A stretch of 32,000 nucleotides of DNA from Anaerolineaceae bacterium. GTDB lineage: Bacteria > Chloroflexota > Anaerolineae > Anaerolineales > Anaerolineaceae. How positions within the stretch are numbered: position 1 is the stretch's first letter; the number at the start of each line of letters is the position of its first letter. The position numbers and the translations under genes are program-made. The stretch lies in NCBI GenBank assembly GCA_040772085.1, contig JAXGYU010000001.1, positions 1,475,366-1,507,365 on the forward strand, written 5' to 3'. A model generated the notes under the pieces. It did no database searches and had not been told where the DNA came from. It saw only the letters and a list, made by a program, of their open reading frames with translations. This document shows, in pieces, positions 27,694-32,000 of this stretch.

Positions 27694-28839
27694 TTATTTG
27701 ACTGCGTCCAGCAGAGCCTGCTTGGCGCTATTCAGCGCTTCAACGCTCGCCGGGAAATACCCAACCGTCTGAATTTCTTCGTCAACATAGCTCAGGTAGA
27801 AGTTCACAAACGCTGCCACTTGCGGCTTGTCCTTGAGGATCTTGGCGTCTGAGTAGATGAACAGCGGGCGAGCCAGTTTGTAGGTGTTCGCTTCTGCCGA
27901 TTCGAAGGAAGGCGCCACACCATCCAGTGCCAGCGCGTTCAGCTTGCCTTCGTTCTCAGAGTAGTACGCGAAGCCGAAGTAACCGATAGCATATTTCGAG
28001 CCTTCCACGCCCTGCACCAGCACGTTGTCATCCTCAGAGAGCTGCAGGTTCGCGGCGCCCAGAATATCCTTCTCGCCAGCTTCCAGGTCTGCTTTACCGT
28101 CGGCTTTCTTGTTCAGCGGTCCCATCACCATTTCAACAAAGAAGTCGAAGGTGCCGGAATCGGTGCCGGGGGAGAAGCGCAGAATGTCTTCAGCGGGCCA
28201 GTCAGCACGAACGTCTGACCACTTGGTCGTCTTGCTCGAGAACAGTTTGCCAAGTTCTTCCAGCGTGACGTCTTTGGCAAAGTCATTCTCTTTGCTGACA
28301 ACTACTGCCAGGGCATCGGTGCCGACACGGAATTCGATCGGCGTGCGGCCGATGGCTTTGCAGCTTTCAACTTCACTGTCCTTGATGCCGCGTGAGGCAT
28401 TGGCAATGTCAGTTTCACCGGTCTTGCAGAAGCGTTCGAAACCACCACCTGAACCAATGCTGTCGATGGTGATGTTGCCGCCGAAGCCTTCATTCTTGAA
28501 ACGCTCGGCCATCGCCTCAGAGAGCGGGAATACCGTCGATGAACCAGCCGAGATGATGTTGCCGCTCACGCTGGCAGGATCGATCTCAGGCAGTACGATC
28601 GGTTCAGCTTTAGGTGCAGCAGCCTCGGTTGCTTTTGGCGCCTCGGTGGCTGCAGGCGCTTCAGTCGCTTTCGGTGCTTCAGTCGCCGGAGCTTCAGTTT
28701 TCACAACTTCCGTCGCCTTGGGCGCTTCGGTCGCGGGTGCTTCAGTCGCTGGGGCTGGTGTCGCCGCTGGCGCGCATGCTGATAAAACCAGCATCGCAAC
28801 GATCACTACTGAAAATAGTACGGACAATTTGCGTTGCAT
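27694..28839 (-). CDS. pstS: Phosphate ABC transporter substrate-binding lipoprotein
   Basis: Signal/lipobox MQRKLSVLFSVVIVAMLVLSACAP, low-complexity ATEAPKATEAP linker, ISAGSSTVFPLSEAMAERF, DSIGSGGGFERFCKTGETDIANASR, SPGTDSGTFDFFVE. Start at 28839. Confidence 0.95.
   Translation of the reverse strand: MQRKLSVLFSVVIVAMLVLSACAPAATPAPATEAPATEAPKATEVVKTEAPATEAPKATEAPAATEAPKATEAAAPKAEPIVLPEIDPASVSGNIISAGSSTVFPLSEAMAERFKNEGFGGNITIDSIGSGGGFERFCKTGETDIANASRGIKDSEVESCKAIGRTPIEFRVGTDALAVVVSKENDFAKDVTLEELGKLFSSKTTKWSDVRADWPAEDILRFSPGTDSGTFDFFVEMVMGPLNKKADGKADLEAGEKDILGAANLQLSEDDNVLVQGVEGSKYAIGYFGFAYYSENEGKLNALALDGVAPSFESAEANTYKLARPLFIYSDAKILKDKPQVAAFVNFYLSYVDEEIQTVGYFPASVEALNSAKQALLDAVK
28621..28780 (-). 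repeat. Low-complexity coding repeat in PstS linker
   Basis: Approximate extent. Encodes iterated (A/K)ATEAP units: PATEAPATEAPKATEVVKTEAPATEAPKATEAPAATEAPKATEAAAPK. Confidence 0.85.
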
Positions 28840-28900
28840 TCTTTCCTCCAAAATCCAATAATTTATGCTTTTCATATGGTTCAAAGCATAACAAACACAA

Positions 28901-28961
28901 GTTAATGGAGGTGCAACACCGAGTTAAGCCGCTGTTATGGCAACGTTAACGGCATGTTAAC
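28901..28961. promoter_or_regulatory. Predicted Pho box array upstream of pst operon
   Basis: GTTAAT (28901), degenerate TGCAAC (28912), GTTAAG (28923), GTTATG (28934), GTTAAC (28945), GTTAAC (28956): strict 11-bp spacing. Confidence 0.75.
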
Positions 28962-29006
28962 AGCAAACCGCCCGAGCTCTCGGGCGGCATGTAAATTGAG
29001 TGAATG

Positions 29007-30764
29007 CTAAGCCTTCGGCACGGTGAAAAAGAAGGTGCTGCCTTTATCCTGCTGGCTGGTCACGCCGATCTGTCCGCCATGCAGTTCGACCATATGCCGG
29101 GCGATAGCCAGCCCCAGGCCGGTGCCGCTGCTGGTGCGACTCTTGTCTGCCTTGTAGAAGCGTTCGAAAATGCGGTTTTGTTCTTCCTCGGCAATGCCTT
29201 TGCCGGTATCCGTGACCGCGAAACGCACAAACTCCCCTTCTTCCCGAGCGCTGACCTGAATGGAGCCTCCGGGCGGGGTGTACTTGACCGCGTTATGCAG
29301 CAAATTGACCAGCACTTGCTGCAGCCTAACGGCGTCAGCGTTGATCTTGGGCAATGCCTCGTCGAAGGCTGAGGTCAATGTCAACCCATTCCGGTCAGCC
29401 TGCAGGCTCAGGCGCTCGACCACCGGCGCGATGATCTCACCCGGACTGACCGCTTTGAGCTCCAGCGGTACACGGCCCGATTCGATGCGCGAGAGCTCAA
29501 GCAGTTCGGCGACCATCAGCGACATTGAATCTACTTCAGTTTCAATCTGGCTCAGGAAGCGGTTGGCAGCTTCAGTATCCTCCAGCGCGCCATCCTGGAG
29601 GGTCTCGGTGAGAGCCTTGATGCTTGCCAGCGGTGTGCGCAGCTCGTGCGACACATTGCTGATAAAGTCGCGCCGGATGGTCTCGGTCTGACGCAGCTTG
29701 GTGATGTCCTGAAAACTCAGGAGCACATTCTCATGCAGGATCGTGCCGAGCGGTGTGGCAGTGCCAAGCAAGGTCAGCTTGCGGTCGCGCGTCTCGAACT
29801 GTCCGTCCTGGCTCGCGTTGGTCGACTTGCTGCGCTGGAAGATCTCAACCGGCAGGTAATGCCCGGTCACTTCGATCAGCGACTTGCCGGCAGCGCTGTC
29901 CTCCTTCATCTCAAACATCTTCTCGGCAGCCGGGTTCATCGAAACGATTTTGCCGTCGCGGTCGACCAGCATCACGCCATCGGTCATGCGGTTTTGCACC
30001 GCCGCGAGCCGCGCGCGTTCAGCATCAATGGTGTTGATCTGTTCCTGGAGCTTCGAGGACATGATGTTGAAGGAGTGCGTCAGCTTGCCGATCTCTTCCA
30101 TTGATGAAGGTATGATCTGGTCAGTCTTCTGTCCGGCAGCCAGTTGCTCAGCCGCTTCGGTCAATTCCAGCACCGGCTTGGAAATCTGCCTTGAGATAAA
30201 AAGCGCCAGCAATAATGAAAGCAGTGCAGCCAGAGCCGTCATTGTCAGGAGCATGCGCTGCAGGCTGGAGATGCTGGTGCGGATCGCGACCAGCGGCAAC
30301 GCGACGCGCGCCACCCCCAATTTCTCTCCCGCGGGCGAAGTGACCACGCTGGCTGAGTACATCATGTCAAAGCCGATCGTGCGGCTGAAGCGGATGCTGC
30401 TGCCGGTACCATTCTCCATTGCGGCAATAAATTCAGGCCGGTCAGAATGATCGACCATCGTCTCAGGGTCGCGGTCTGATTCGCCAACCACCATGCCGTC
30501 CTTGTCGATGATGGTGACGCGTTTGCCGAGCAATTTATGCAATTCAAGCACATGCTGTTCCAGCGTAGCGGAATTCTGACCGCTCATATCTTCCGGCGTC
30601 AGTCTGGACGCGATCAGGACGGCTTCCGAGATCTGCTTTTCACGCAAAGTATCGAGATAGACACGCTCGACGTACTTCGAGAAAAACAGTCCCATGCCGA
30701 CCATAACCAGCAGGATCAGCAGAATGAATGGCAAAGCAATTCGCCAGCGAATTGATGAGAACAT
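29007..30764 (-). CDS. phoR: PhoR-like sensor histidine kinase
   Basis: Two TM helices around a sensor domain, HAMP-like ISRQISKPVLELTEAAEQLAAG, PAS-like segment, H-box RRDFISNVSHELRTPLASIKAL, ATP-binding TSRTSSGTGLGLAIARHMVELHGG. Confidence 0.9.
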   Translation of the reverse strand: MFSSIRWRIALPFILLILLVMVGMGLFFSKYVERVYLDTLREKQISEAVLIASRLTPEDMSGQNSATLEQHVLELHKLLGKRVTIIDKDGMVVGESDRDPETMVDHSDRPEFIAAMENGTGSSIRFSRTIGFDMMYSASVVTSPAGEKLGVARVALPLVAIRTSISSLQRMLLTMTALAALLSLLLALFISRQISKPVLELTEAAEQLAAGQKTDQIIPSSMEEIGKLTHSFNIMSSKLQEQINTIDAERARLAAVQNRMTDGVMLVDRDGKIVSMNPAAEKMFEMKEDSAAGKSLIEVTGHYLPVEIFQRSKSTNASQDGQFETRDRKLTLLGTATPLGTILHENVLLSFQDITKLRQTETIRRDFISNVSHELRTPLASIKALTETLQDGALEDTEAANRFLSQIETEVDSMSLMVAELLELSRIESGRVPLELKAVSPGEIIAPVVERLSLQADRNGLTLTSAFDEALPKINADAVRLQQVLVNLLHNAVKYTPPGGSIQVSAREEGEFVRFAVTDTGKGIAEEEQNRIFERFYKADKSRTSSGTGLGLAIARHMVELHGGQIGVTSQQDKGSTFFFTVPKA

Positions 30765-30978
30765 AAGACCTCACTTTGTGAAGAAACTCTTCACATTCTT
30801 ACATGCATTATATCTAGTTCAGCCAATTAGGCGATACGATGTGTGTTAAGGTTTGATTAATAGCTGGCGTTCTCCTGCCAATATTTGAAATGCTGCCGGC
30901 GATAGATTAAAATGGTGCCACTACGTTGACGCCCTGAATCGACGGATACTAGACACAGGGGAATGAAGGAGCAAGGAA

Positions 30979-32000
30979 ATGGTTATTGAGCAACAAGTAC
31001 TGGACGCGCTGCGTAAGGTGATCGACCCTGAACTGGGCAAGAACATTGTCGAACTGGGCATGGTCAAAGACCTGAAAATTTCGGACGAAGGTAAGGTGAG
31101 TTTTACCCTGAACCTGACTGTCGCTGGCTGCCCGCTCAAGCATCGCATGTCGTCTGACGCGCAACAGGCGCTGAGCGAAGTGCAGAATGTAACCGGGGTT
31201 GAGATCAACTTCGGCGAGATGAGCCCGGATGAAAAAGCCGAGCTGCGGAAAAAATTGGGGCAGGACCTGCCCAAGATCAATCTGTTCAACAATGTCAAAC
31301 GCGTCGTCGCCGTAATGAGCGGCAAAGGCGGCGTTGGCAAATCTTCGGTGACCAGCATGCTGGCGGTTGAGCTGCGCAGGCAGGGTCACCGCGTTGGCAT
31401 TCTGGACGCCGATATCACCGGTCCCAGCATCCCGCGCATGTTTGGCCTCGAGAGCGGCGGCTTGAAGGGCAGTGATCAGGGGATATTGCCGGCAGTGACA
31501 GGGGGCGGCATCAAGGTCATCTCGACCAACCTGCTGATGTCTGATGAGAACCTGCCGGTGATCTGGCGCGGACCAATGATCTCGGGTGCCATCAAACAAT
31601 TCTGGACCGATGTCCTGTGGGGCAAACTGGATGTACTGCTGGTGGACATGCCGCCCGGTACCTCGGATGCCGCCCTGACCGTGATGCAGTCTCTGCCAAT
31701 CGATGGCGTTGTGCTGGTGACGACACCGCAGCAGTTGGCCGGCATGGTGGTGCATAAGGCAGTCAATATGCTCAAGCAAATGAACAAGCGCATCCTGGCG
31801 GTTGTGGAAAATATGAGTTATTTCGTCTGCCCGACGTGTGATACGCGCCACGAGATTTTCGGCGCCAGTCACGCCCAGGAGAACGCCAGGGCGAGCGGCT
31901 TGAGTGACTTTTTGCGGCTGCCGCTGGATATGGCTGTGACTGAGAAGAGTGATTCGGGTCAGGTGGAGACGCTGGACACCTTTGCGTTGAGCGACCTGGC
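30979..32000 (+). CDS. Mrp/ApbC (NBP35-like) Fe-S carrier P-loop ATPase with N-terminal MIP18/DUF59 domain, partial
   Basis: MVIEQQVLDALRKVIDPELGKNIVELGMVKDL, then VVAVMSGKGGVGKSSVTSMLAVELRRQGHRVGILDADITGPSIPRMFG; open to the right edge. Confidence 0.93.
   Translation, partial: MVIEQQVLDALRKVIDPELGKNIVELGMVKDLKISDEGKVSFTLNLTVAGCPLKHRMSSDAQQALSEVQNVTGVEINFGEMSPDEKAELRKKLGQDLPKINLFNNVKRVVAVMSGKGGVGKSSVTSMLAVELRRQGHRVGILDADITGPSIPRMFGLESGGLKGSDQGILPAVTGGGIKVISTNLLMSDENLPVIWRGPMISGAIKQFWTDVLWGKLDVLLVDMPPGTSDAALTVMQSLPIDGVVLVTTPQQLAGMVVHKAVNMLKQMNKRILAVVENMSYFVCPTCDTRHEIFGASHAQENARASGLSDFLRLPLDMAVTEKSDSGQVETLDTFALSDL

Noticed and set aside
30845-30861. Second Pho box (GTTAAG-N5-ATTAAT) between phoR and the mrp gene
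   Set aside because: Only two degenerate units with 11-bp spacing in AT-rich DNA; too weak without comparative support.
1-32000. tRNA, rRNA, transposase or prophage genes
   Set aside because: None recognised by eye. tRNAscan-SE, Infernal/Rfam and ISfinder searches would be needed to exclude them formally.

Overview
This 32 kb window is dense with bacterial protein-coding genes and looks like an ordinary chromosomal region, probably from Chloroflexota/Anaerolineae (inferred from gene style only, not tested). Metal, metalloid and oxyanion homeostasis dominates. Main content: (i) a secreted vWA protein running off the left edge, with a P/T-rich tail and an IPVTG motif; (ii) a CsoR-type regulator and P1B-type ATPase operon with a G/C-tract palindromic operator next to a -10 box; (iii) a proline-racemase-superfamily gene divergent from a ygeY-ygeW pair; (iv) a ~600 bp non-coding region with at least six hairpins behind a TAGGG-like leader; (v) a membrane-anchored P-loop NTPase with C-terminal TPRs; (vi) an arsR / redox-active thioredoxin / ACR3 / ArsP-like permease operon; (vii) a fur-znuA-znuC-znuB operon with a 33-bp palindrome over the fur start codon; (viii) a pstS-pstC-pstA-pstB-phoU-arsC unit, preceded by an 11-bp-periodic GTTAAC array (Pho-box-like) and a phoR-like kinase, and followed by a hairpin/T-tract terminator; (ix) an Mrp/ApbC P-loop ATPase running off the right edge. 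I found no CRISPR array, rRNA, tRNA or transposase. Nothing is a proven new system. The strongest leads are the Pho-box array linked to a terminal arsC, the hairpin array, the NTPase-TPR protein and the IPVTG-tailed vWA protein.
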